In this document: one piece after another, positions 56,680-64,000 of the stretch
Layout of the letters: each line of letters opens with the position of its first letter
How positions within the stretch are numbered: position 1 is the stretch's first letter
Source of the DNA: an uncultured Oscillospiraceae bacterium
GTDB lineage: Bacteria; Bacillota; Clostridia; Christensenellales; Aristaeellaceae
DNA length: 64,000 bases
Assembly: GCA_964504385.1 (NCBI GenBank)
Contig: CAZDEF010000001.1
Span: forward strand, 294 to 64,293
Direction of reading: 5' to 3'
Made by a program: the position numbers and the translations under genes
Notes under the pieces: model-generated
Seen by the model: only the letters and a program-made list of their open reading frames with translations
Told to the model about the DNA's origin: nothing
Databases searched by the model: none

Positions 56680-56943
56680 CGCGCGGAGCCGGTCTTTTAC
56701 CGTCGAAAAAGCTCGCTAAAGCGATCTTTTCCGCCGAGGGAAGGCGCCGTTTGCCTACTCGCCTACGGCTCGCCGGGCGGCAAACGGCGTAAGGAATGTT
56801 TCCGCGCAGAGCGCGGAAACGCCCGCCCGACCGGCAAAGCCGGTCGATACGATCACACTTGGAGGGCTGCGGCCCTCCAAACCTCCCATGGGCTCTTCCG
56901 ACCTTCAAAGACCGCCCCCGCATAACGCGCGGAGCCGGTCTTT
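56661..56943. repeat. Array of seven GC-rich hairpins bounded by a 37-nt direct repeat
   Basis: Units 56661-56697 and 56907-56943 differ at 2 of 37 positions. Internal hairpins lie at 56706-56730, 56745-56789, 56798-56820, 56828-56846 and 56859-56880. Confidence 0.6.
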
Positions 56944-56958
56944 GGGTTTTCCATCGGC

Positions 56959-58341
56959 TTATTTCATGGCAGCCTTGGACATACCGGTCATGATGTACTT
57001 CTGCAGGATCAGGAACAGAGCGATGATGGGCACGATGGCCATCACAGCGCCGGCCATGATCTCGTTGTAGTTGGAAACTTCCATGCCAGCGAAGGTATTC
57101 TTCAGCTGCTGCACGCCCACAGCGATGGTGCGGCTGGCCTCGGTCTTGGTGACCATCTTGGGCCAGAAGTAGCTGTTCCAGCCGTTGATGAAGGAAATGA
57201 TGCTCACGGTGATGAGCGTCGGCTTGCACATGGGGCACAGCACATGGATGATGGTGCCGAAGCGGCCCATGCCGTCCACCTTACCGGCCTCAATGTAGCT
57301 GTTATCCACGGCCATGAAATTCTGGCGCAGCATGAAAATGAAATACGCACTGACCAAATTGGGCAGGATGACGCCCAGATAGGTATCGATGGTATTCAAG
57401 CGGGCGATGAACACATAGATAGGCACGAAGGTCACCTGAATGGGCACCATCAGCGCTCCCAGCACCAGCATGAACATGAACTCGCGACCCTTGAATTCGC
57501 CCTTGGCAAAGCCGTAGGCAGCCATCACGCCGATGGTCATCTCGCCCAGCATCATGGCGGCGGTGGTGACTAGCGTGTTCACCAAGTACTTCATAAACGG
57601 CGCACGGTTGAGCACGTTGGGATAGTTCTCCCACATGAATTCCTTGGGCCACAGCGTGGGCACAGGAGCCAGCAGCTCGGTGGATGTCTTGAAGGAGGAG
57701 ATGATCATCCAATAGATGGGGAACAGCATGATCAGCACCACGAAGATCGCCGCGGCATACTGCGCCACGGTGCGGTACACCTTGTGCGCATGCTGCAGGC
57801 TTTCATCCGCCCGCACAATGGGCGAAACAAAGCGCATGTACAGCAGCGCCACTGCGGACACCGCCACCAGCACCGCCGCAATGGCGAAGAACACCTGGTA
57901 GCTGTTCGCAATGAGGTTCAGATCCTTCTTGAAGTTGTACTCCACAAACTGCGGGAGCAGCCGCGCTTCCTCCAGCGTGGACGCCGTGCCGCCCGCCAGC
58001 GCGATGTGCTTGCTCAGGGTCGCGTTGTAGGTCACCACGCCAAACACACCCAGCGCCGCCATTACCACGGCCAAGATCAGCAGCAGCATTACGATATCGA
58101 ACGAACCGCTCTGGCGCATGCTGTGCAGACTGCCTCTGCGCCAGCTGTCGGCCTTCAGCCGGGCCATGCCGTCTTTCCACATGATGGGCGCAGCCGCCAG
58201 CAGCAGCGCCGCGCCAATGACGGCCAGCACCGTGCGCACGGCAGGCTGCGCGCCAAAGGGTACTGCAAGGAAAGCAGCGATCAGGAGCGCCGCTGCAGCC
58301 AGCACCATTCCGATGCCCGTCTTTTTCTGATGATTCAGCAT
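56959..58341 (-). CDS. Carbohydrate-type ABC transporter permease (MalG-like) with ~185-aa N-terminal membrane extension
   Basis: EAA loop IEAGKVDGMGRFGTIIHV and core FPIYWMIISSFK. There are four extra hydrophobic segments at the N-terminus. Confidence 0.85.
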   Translation of the reverse strand: MLNHQKKTGIGMVLAAAALLIAAFLAVPFGAQPAVRTVLAVIGAALLLAAAPIMWKDGMARLKADSWRRGSLHSMRQSGSFDIVMLLLILAVVMAALGVFGVVTYNATLSKHIALAGGTASTLEEARLLPQFVEYNFKKDLNLIANSYQVFFAIAAVLVAVSAVALLYMRFVSPIVRADESLQHAHKVYRTVAQYAAAIFVVLIMLFPIYWMIISSFKTSTELLAPVPTLWPKEFMWENYPNVLNRAPFMKYLVNTLVTTAAMMLGEMTIGVMAAYGFAKGEFKGREFMFMLVLGALMVPIQVTFVPIYVFIARLNTIDTYLGVILPNLVSAYFIFMLRQNFMAVDNSYIEAGKVDGMGRFGTIIHVLCPMCKPTLITVSIISFINGWNSYFWPKMVTKTEASRTIAVGVQQLKNTFAGMEVSNYNEIMAGAVMAIVPIIALFLILQKYIMTGMSKAAMK

Positions 58342-58356
58342 ACGATCGCCCCTTTC

Positions 58357-60078
58357 TTAAGAATCATAGTTGACGCTCTTGTTGGAATACTTCATGGTCG
58401 CAGCCGTACATACCAGCAGGATCAGGAAGAACACCAGCGACACCGCCGCGCCGCGCGCAGTGCGGAAGTCCTTGAACGTCAAGTTGTAGATCCACTGCAC
58501 CATCACGTTGGTGGCGGTGCCGGGGCCGCCGCCCGTCATCACGTCCACGCTCTGGAACACCTTCATACTGGCGATGAACGTGGTCACAAACAGGAACAGC
58601 GTGGTGGGGGCCAGCAGCGGCACTGTGATGTAGCGGAACTGCTGCACGCCGTCCGCCGCGTCAATGGAGGCCGCCTCATAGTAATCCCTCGGGATGCCCT
58701 GCATGGCCGACAGGTAGATCATCATGGCATAGCCGACCACGCGCCACGCGGTCAGCAGCAGCACGCCGGTCAGCGCGGTGGATTCATCCAGCAGCCATCT
58801 GGGGCCGGTAATGCCGAAGCGGCTGAGGGCAAAGTTGAGGATACCATCCGCCTGACTGCCGCTGTTGCCCGCAGCCGGTGCAAACAGGATCCACATAAAC
58901 ACCACGGCGCTGGTGGACACAGCAATGTACTTGGGCATGAACACGATGGCGCGGAAAGCGTTGAAGGCGCGGGTCATGCGGTTGAACAGCAGCGCCAGCA
59001 GCATGCCGCCCGCCACGGTGATGGCCACTTCCCAGAAGGTGTAGATGCCGGTGATGCGCAGCGACTCCCAGAAATACTTGGAGCCGGACTGGTTGAACAG
59101 CCAGTTGTAGTTGTTCCAGCCGATGAACTCCTGCTTGCCCGTGGTCAGGATGCCCATGTCCGTGAAGGAGATGCGCACCAGATCGATCAGCGGGTAATAC
59201 ACAAACAGCAGGAAGAACAGGATGACCGGCTCAACGAAGAACAGATCCTTCATGCGCTCCCAGCGCTGGATCAGCATCATGATCCCGTTGAACAGCAGCA
59301 TCGCGCCCGCCAGGATCAGCACGATGGCGATGTTCATGATCGTGCTCAGCGGTGCGATGGGGATATCGCCCTTGGTGGACAGGTAATAGGTGCCCGCCTC
59401 GGGAATGGCAAAAGTGGTGCAGGGCACGTCGCCGTTCAGCACGGGCGCCATAGCCACGGCCACTTCCGCGCCGTTTTTGGTGTTGTACAGCACCATGCGC
59501 CGCTCCTGATCCGGCAGCGAGGAAGTGGCGTACACGCGCAGCGTACCGGCCTCCCCCACCGTCAGCTTCAGGCTGCGGTATTTGCTGGAGCCTGCGCCGG
59601 GCAGCTTCACGCTCTGGGTGAATTCCATGCCGTTGTCCAGCTTCACCGTCTGCTCCTCCGGCACGACCTGATTGAGGTAATCCTTCGTACCGGGAAACTG
59701 CAGCCCTTCGCCCTTGAGCGATTTCTTGGTCTCGCCGATGTCAAATTCCTGCGCGTTCACATAGCCCGTTTCCGCGCCGGCCGTATATTCGGCATAGTAC
59801 ACATGCACGCCGCTTTCCTCGCCGGCCATATCCAGCGCGCCCGTCACGCCGGTGCCCGCGCTCTGCGCGGCTTCGCGCGCGGCGTACACCTGATCGGCCA
59901 GATCGCTGAACAGGCTCAGCTGCATGTCGCCCGCCAGCCAGCCGAACAGGCCGAGGGACAGCACCAGCGCGCCCAGCACGATCAGCACTGCGCCGCATAC
60001 ACGCTGCCGCTTCGAAATCAGCTGTTTTTCCTTCAAGCGCACGTTTGTCTTCCATGCGCGTTCTTCCACAGTTTTCAC
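58357..60078 (-). CDS. Carbohydrate-type ABC transporter permease (MalF-like) with ~260-aa N-terminal extension
   Basis: EAA loop YEAASIDAADGVQQFRYITVP. The N-terminus has one TM followed by a ~200-aa non-hydrophobic segment. The start is uncertain: GTG 60078 (GAGGG 8 nt upstream) or GTG 60105. Confidence 0.8.
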   Translation of the reverse strand: MKTVEERAWKTNVRLKEKQLISKRQRVCGAVLIVLGALVLSLGLFGWLAGDMQLSLFSDLADQVYAAREAAQSAGTGVTGALDMAGEESGVHVYYAEYTAGAETGYVNAQEFDIGETKKSLKGEGLQFPGTKDYLNQVVPEEQTVKLDNGMEFTQSVKLPGAGSSKYRSLKLTVGEAGTLRVYATSSLPDQERRMVLYNTKNGAEVAVAMAPVLNGDVPCTTFAIPEAGTYYLSTKGDIPIAPLSTIMNIAIVLILAGAMLLFNGIMMLIQRWERMKDLFFVEPVILFFLLFVYYPLIDLVRISFTDMGILTTGKQEFIGWNNYNWLFNQSGSKYFWESLRITGIYTFWEVAITVAGGMLLALLFNRMTRAFNAFRAIVFMPKYIAVSTSAVVFMWILFAPAAGNSGSQADGILNFALSRFGITGPRWLLDESTALTGVLLLTAWRVVGYAMMIYLSAMQGIPRDYYEAASIDAADGVQQFRYITVPLLAPTTLFLFVTTFIASMKVFQSVDVMTGGGPGTATNVMVQWIYNLTFKDFRTARGAAVSLVFFLILLVCTAATMKYSNKSVNYDS

Positions 60079-60168
60079 GTTTACATCCCTCGTTTTGTAC
60101 TGCACGGGAGAGGACAGCGTGTTCCCCTCCCGTGCTCTGGTTTTACCAGTGTTTTTCCGGTTGTAAAG

Positions 60169-60192
60169 GCAGGAGGCCTTGCGGCCTCCTGC
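60169..60192 (-). terminator. Attenuator hairpin between the SBP and permease genes
   Basis: gcaggaggcc, loop ttgc, ggcctcctgc. On the minus strand it is followed by ctttac (weak T tract). Confidence 0.4.
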
Positions 60193-60210
60193 TCTGCTGC
60201 AAGCAGCTGA

Positions 60211-61506
60211 TCACTGATCGTCCAGCGTCTCCTGAATTTCCACAGCCAGCTGGTCGAGGGTCTCCTGAATGGGAGCGTTGTTGTTGAAAATCTCGTACAG
60301 CGCGGTGCGCCACAGGTTCGCGCAGGCGTCGTAAGCGGGGTTCTGGTTGCGGGGGTTGATCCAGCCGGCCATGGCCACGATGTCGGCCATCGCGGGCTTG
60401 CGGCTCAGGTATTCTTCATACTCGGCAGTGCCCTGCACACTGGCGCGGGTGGGGAAGTAGCCGGTCTTGTCCGCCCAGTAGAGGTTGATCTCGGGGCTGG
60501 TCATGAACATGAGGAACTGCCACGCAGCGTTCTTTTCCGCCTGAGAAGCGGCCGCGGGGATCAGGATGGCAGCGCCGCCGACCTCGGACTTGAAGGTCTC
60601 GCCGTCGTTGCCGCCGGGCAGCCAAGCCATGCCCACTTCAAAGCTGTCGCCCACGTTGGTGACATAGGTGTCATACAGGGAGGAGGTATGGAACACGCTG
60701 AACGCGCCGCCATCCCAGAACAGCTGGCGCATGTTAGAGGAAGCGCCGGTGCCGTAGGCGTAGTAGGCGTAGCCCTTGTCGATCCATTCCTTGATCTTGG
60801 CGGTGATCTCCACAGACTTGGCGGAGTTCACGTCCGTGGTGCCGTCTTCCAGCACGGTCTCCACGCCGTTGTTCTTGTACAGCATCTCATAGTACCAGTA
60901 GTCCCAGCCGCCAAACACGGTGCCGTAGCGCTTGGTGGTGCCGTCCTCGTTGAAGAGGGTGGCCTTCTCCAGGAACGCTTCCATCTCGTCCAGCGTCTTG
61001 GGCATGGTGATGCCTTCGGCCTCGGCAGCCGTCTTGTTGTAATACATCACCTGGGTGGAGATCAGGTACGGCAGAGCGATCTGCTCTTCGTCGTAGCTGG
61101 TGGAGGCGATGAGGCCCTCGCCGAAGTCTTCCACATCATAGTCGAACGCGTCGATGTAGGGATCCAGCACTTCGCACAGGCCATCCTTGCCGTAGCTGGC
61201 AGGATAGGAGGTGTTGCAGGTCACCAGCGCGGGAACGGTGCCGGTGCCGGCGGCCGCCGCAGCGATGAACTGGGTGTTGATCTCGCCATAGCTGCCGATG
61301 TAAACGGGATTGACAGTGATGCCCATCTCGTTTTCGGCGTTGAACTTATCCACCATATAGTTCAGGTACTCGGTCAGCTGATCCTCGTGCGCATGCCACC
61401 AAGTGATGGTGATGGGTTCGGTCACGTCATACTCGGTCGCGGCCAGCGCGGGGACCATGGAGCACAGCATCATGGCGGCCAACAGAATTGCCAACAGTTT
61501 CTTCAT
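60211..61506 (-). CDS. ABC transporter extracellular solute-binding protein (family 1, sugar type)
   Basis: Signal peptide MKKLLAILLAAMMLCSMVPALA and TITWWHAHEDQL. 431 aa. Start ATG 61506. Confidence 0.88.
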   Translation of the reverse strand: MKKLLAILLAAMMLCSMVPALAATEYDVTEPITITWWHAHEDQLTEYLNYMVDKFNAENEMGITVNPVYIGSYGEINTQFIAAAAAGTGTVPALVTCNTSYPASYGKDGLCEVLDPYIDAFDYDVEDFGEGLIASTSYDEEQIALPYLISTQVMYYNKTAAEAEGITMPKTLDEMEAFLEKATLFNEDGTTKRYGTVFGGWDYWYYEMLYKNNGVETVLEDGTTDVNSAKSVEITAKIKEWIDKGYAYYAYGTGASSNMRQLFWDGGAFSVFHTSSLYDTYVTNVGDSFEVGMAWLPGGNDGETFKSEVGGAAILIPAAASQAEKNAAWQFLMFMTSPEINLYWADKTGYFPTRASVQGTAEYEEYLSRKPAMADIVAMAGWINPRNQNPAYDACANLWRTALYEIFNNNAPIQETLDQLAVEIQETLDDQ

Positions 61507-61618
61507 TTCGGTTTTCCTTCCTTTCCTGATGATGAAACGAAAGAACGCCAATGAAAGTGCTTTCCGCTTTCATTCGCCATTCAGACGTTTCGGGGGTATT
61601 CCGTATTTCGCTATATGT

Positions 61619-61648
61619 ATTCTACAACAGGCATGTTCGATCTGTCAA
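61619..61648 (-). promoter_or_regulatory. Promoter of the ABC importer operon
   Basis: Minus strand reads TTGACA (61648-61643), an 18-nt spacer, then TAGAAT (61624-61619). The -35 is one arm of the dyad TGTCAA-n5-TTGACA (61643-61659). Confidence 0.5.
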
Positions 61649-61724
61649 GAGAATTGACAAAAACTGCAGTGGATGATTGTCGCTTTTCGCCAAGGCCGTA
61701 CGCAAAAAAGATGTACAAAAAGCG

Positions 61725-61753
61725 TTTACAAACGGGCGCGAGCATGGTAAAAT
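61725..61753 (+). promoter_or_regulatory. Promoter of rpsO
   Basis: TTTACA (61725-61730), a 17-nt spacer, then TGgTAAAAT (TAAAAT at 61748-61753). Confidence 0.55.
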
Positions 61754-61883
61754 AGTTGGCGTGCGTGTGCACATGGAACCGTGCCCGCAGCCGGTACGAA
61801 AGCCAACGGCAGGCTATGAGCACGGCGATTACCAAACAGGGGCGGCGCAAATGCCGCGACCTAAAACAAGGAGGCAACCCACC

Positions 61884-62138
61884 ATGGAAAAGTCCCAGAT
61901 CATTGCCACTTACGCCCGTCACGATGGTGACACCGGTTCTCCCGAGGTGCAAATCGCTCTGCTGACCGATCGCATCAACCACCTCAACGAGCATCTCAAG
62001 CTCAACAAGAAGGATCACCACAGCCGTCGCGGCCTGCTGCTGATGGTTGGTAAGCGTCGTGGCCTTCTGGATTACCTGAAAAAGACCGATATCGAAAGCT
62101 ATCGTACCCTGATTGCTCAGCTGGGTCTGCGCAAGTAA
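61884..62138 (+). CDS. rpsO: 30S ribosomal protein S15
   Basis: [58 protein letters not shown]. Confidence 0.93.
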   Translation: MEKSQIIATYARHDGDTGSPEVQIALLTDRINHLNEHLKLNKKDHHSRRGLLLMVGKRRGLLDYLKKTDIESYRTLIAQLGLRK

Positions 62139-62152
62139 GGTTTTCAGGGTTT

Positions 62153-62195
62153 CGGCCGCACCTTGGCGGGGCGCCCCGTCAGGCGCGGCCGTTTT
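62153..62195 (+). terminator. rpsO terminator/attenuator ahead of pnp
   Basis: cggccgc (62153-62159) pairs with gcggccg (62185-62191), followed by tttt. The interior is GC-rich. Confidence 0.45.
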
Positions 62196-62291
62196 ACTGC
62201 ACATACGGCTGCATGGATACAGCCTATGGGATAGGATGCGCCGCAGCACGAGGCTGTGGCTGCAGGAAGTGTGAAGAGGAGTAGTATTAAA

Positions 62292-64000
62292 ATGGATTAC
62301 AAAGTGTTCTCTACCGAGCTGGCGGGCCGTCCGCTGTCCATCGAATTCGGCAAGTATGCCCAGCAGGCCAACGGTTCTGCTTTCGTCCGCTACGGCGACA
62401 CCGTGGTGATGGTGAACGTCACCATGAGCGAAAAGGCGCGCGAGGGCGTGGATTTCTTCCCCCTGAGCGTCGATTTTGAAGAAAAGCAGTATTCCGTGGG
62501 CAAGATCCCCGGCGGATTTATCAAGCGTGAAGGCCGTCCCACTGAAAAGGCCACCCTCACCTGCCGCCTGATCGACCGTCCCCTGCGCCCGCTCTTCCCC
62601 AAGGGCATGCGCAACGATGTGCAGGTCGTCGCCACCTGCCTGAGCGTGGACAAGGACATCCCCCCGGAGATCCCCGCCATGATCGGTTCCTCCGCAGCCT
62701 TGTCTGTGAGCGACATTCCGTGGGGCGGCCCCACCGGCACCGTGGTGGTGGGCTGCGTGGATGATGAATTCATCATCTGCCCCAACGAGGAGCAGCGCCA
62801 GCGCAGCACCCTGCATCTGACTGTGAGCGGCACCAAGGACGCCGTGCTGATGGTAGAAGCGGGCGCGAAGGAAATTTCCGAAGAAAAGATGCTGCAGGCT
62901 ATTCTTTTCGCCCATGAAGAGATCAAGAAGATCGTCGCCTTCATCGAGAACATCCAGTCCGAGATCGGCAAGGAAAAGGCCGTGGTGGATCTGGTGACCA
63001 CCGGCGACGATGTGAAGGCCGCTGTGCGCGAATTTGCCTATGACAAGTGCTGCTGGGTGTTTGAGACCCCCGACCGCCACGAACGCAAGGAGCGCGAGGA
63101 TCAGGTGCAGGCCGAGTGCAACGAGCACTTTGCCGAGCAGTTTGAAGGTCGCCTGAGCGAAGTGGCCGATGCGCTGTACTACCTCAAGAAGGAGATCATG
63201 CGCAAGAAGATCCTGGAGCAGGGCATCCGTCCCGACGGCCGCGGTCTGACCGACGTGCGCCCCATCTGGTGCGAAGTGGGCATCCTGCCCCGCACCCACG
63301 GCAGCGCCATCTTCACCCGCGGTGAAACGCAGGCCATGACCGTGACCACCCTTGGCAGCATGAGCGATGTGCAGATCCTGGACGGTCTGGGCACCGAGGA
63401 TAGCAAGCGCTACATGCACCACTACAACATGCCCCCCTATGCCACCGGCGAAGCGGGCCGCATGAAGAGCCCCGGCCGCCGCGAGATCGGCCACGGCGCG
63501 CTGGCTGAGCGCGCGCTGGAGCCCGTCATTCCCGGCGAGGATGAATTCCCCTACGCGCTGCGTCTGGTGTCTGAGATCCTGTCCTCCAACGGTTCCAGCT
63601 CCATGGCTTCCGTGTGCGGTTCCACCCTGTCCCTGATGGACGCGGGCGTGCCGATCAAGCGCCCTGTGGCCGGTGTGGCCATGGGCCTGATCAAGGACAC
63701 TGAGAGCGATAACGTGGCCGTGCTGACCGATATTCAGGGTCTGGAAGACTTCCTGGGCGACATGGACTTCAAGGTCGCCGGTACCGTGCAGGGCATCACC
63801 GCCATCCAGATGGATATCAAGATCGCCGGTATCGATCGTCCCATCCTCGAGCGCGCCCTCAATCAGGCGCTGGCCGGCCGCCTGCATATCCTCAAAATCA
63901 TGCTGGATACGCTGGGCCAGCCCCGCGATCACCTGAGCAAGTTCGCGCCCAAGATCATCCGCTTCACCATCAATCCTGAGAAGATCCGCGAGGTCATTGG
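62292..64000 (+). CDS. pnp: Polyribonucleotide nucleotidyltransferase (PNPase), 3' end beyond window
   Basis: Hand translation from ATG 62292: [43 protein letters not shown]...[29 protein letters not shown]. The ORF stays open to base 64000, so it is absent from the ORF track. Confidence 0.95.
   Translation, partial: MDYKVFSTELAGRPLSIEFGKYAQQANGSAFVRYGDTVVMVNVTMSEKAREGVDFFPLSVDFEEKQYSVGKIPGGFIKREGRPTEKATLTCRLIDRPLRPLFPKGMRNDVQVVATCLSVDKDIPPEIPAMIGSSAALSVSDIPWGGPTGTVVVGCVDDEFIICPNEEQRQRSTLHLTVSGTKDAVLMVEAGAKEISEEKMLQAILFAHEEIKKIVAFIENIQSEIGKEKAVVDLVTTGDDVKAAVREFAYDKCCWVFETPDRHERKEREDQVQAECNEHFAEQFEGRLSEVADALYYLKKEIMRKKILEQGIRPDGRGLTDVRPIWCEVGILPRTHGSAIFTRGETQAMTVTTLGSMSDVQILDGLGTEDSKRYMHHYNMPPYATGEAGRMKSPGRREIGHGALAERALEPVIPGEDEFPYALRLVSEILSSNGSSSMASVCGSTLSLMDAGVPIKRPVAGVAMGLIKDTESDNVAVLTDIQGLEDFLGDMDFKVAGTVQGITAIQMDIKIAGIDRPILERALNQALAGRLHILKIMLDTLGQPRDHLSKFAPKIIRFTINPEKIREVI

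Noticed and set aside
56642-57238. 198-aa minus-strand ORF spanning the hairpin array.
   Set aside because: It runs through palindromic GC-rich hairpins, which produces an Arg/Gly/Pro-rich translation. It also overlaps the 3' end of the ABC permease gene out of frame.
57784-60210. 808-aa plus-strand ORF.
   Set aside because: It is antisense to the two ABC permease genes, which have clear EAA loops. Its own translation is rich in His, Arg and Gln and has no motifs.
61611-63932. 773-aa minus-strand ORF.
   Set aside because: It is antisense to rpsO and to pnp, whose translation matches PNPase throughout. Its own translation has low-complexity composition.

Overview
High-GC chromosomal segment that looks Firmicutes/Clostridia-like; the taxon is inferred from gene order and protein motifs only. 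I support about 60 protein genes, 4 tRNAs (Met plus fMet, and two identical Lys-CTT) and one pnp gene running off the 3' edge. I found no rRNA, CRISPR, transposase, integrase or phage genes. Conserved housekeeping blocks are atpD-atpC (window start), rpmE / DUF1385-prmC-prfA-sua5-ywlE, rimP-nusA-ylxR-ylxQ-infB-rbfA-nrnA-truB-ribF, and rpsO-pnp (window end). Accessory content includes three MATE exporters, two LysR regulators and one each of TetR, MerR and AbrB. It also includes a GalE / nucleotidyltransferase / priming sugar-transferase trio, a purC-capE-GNAT-MATE-lactonase operon, and a secreted FMN-bind/FAD reductase. A sugar-type ABC importer has unusually extended permeases. The most interesting region is a tightly packed 11-gene minus-strand array (17840 down to 6794). 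It encodes a small secreted alpha/beta protein, a DctM-like (TRAP large subunit) permease and an unlisted 57-aa two-TM micro-ORF. These are followed by an AstE/AspA (M14-like) deacylase, two paralogous secreted C69 Cys-peptidases, PgsB-PgsC plus a double-anchored PGA-system protein (no PgsA), and a translationally coupled L-serine dehydratase pair. The transporter lacks canonical DctQ/DctP partners, and the whole array may be an uncharacterised extracytoplasmic gamma-glutamyl/N-acyl-amino-acid polymer synthesis, turnover and uptake system. Many long ORFs in the supplied track are antisense shadows of real genes, typical of high-GC DNA, and were rejected. All calls rest on reading motifs by eye; no database search was possible.
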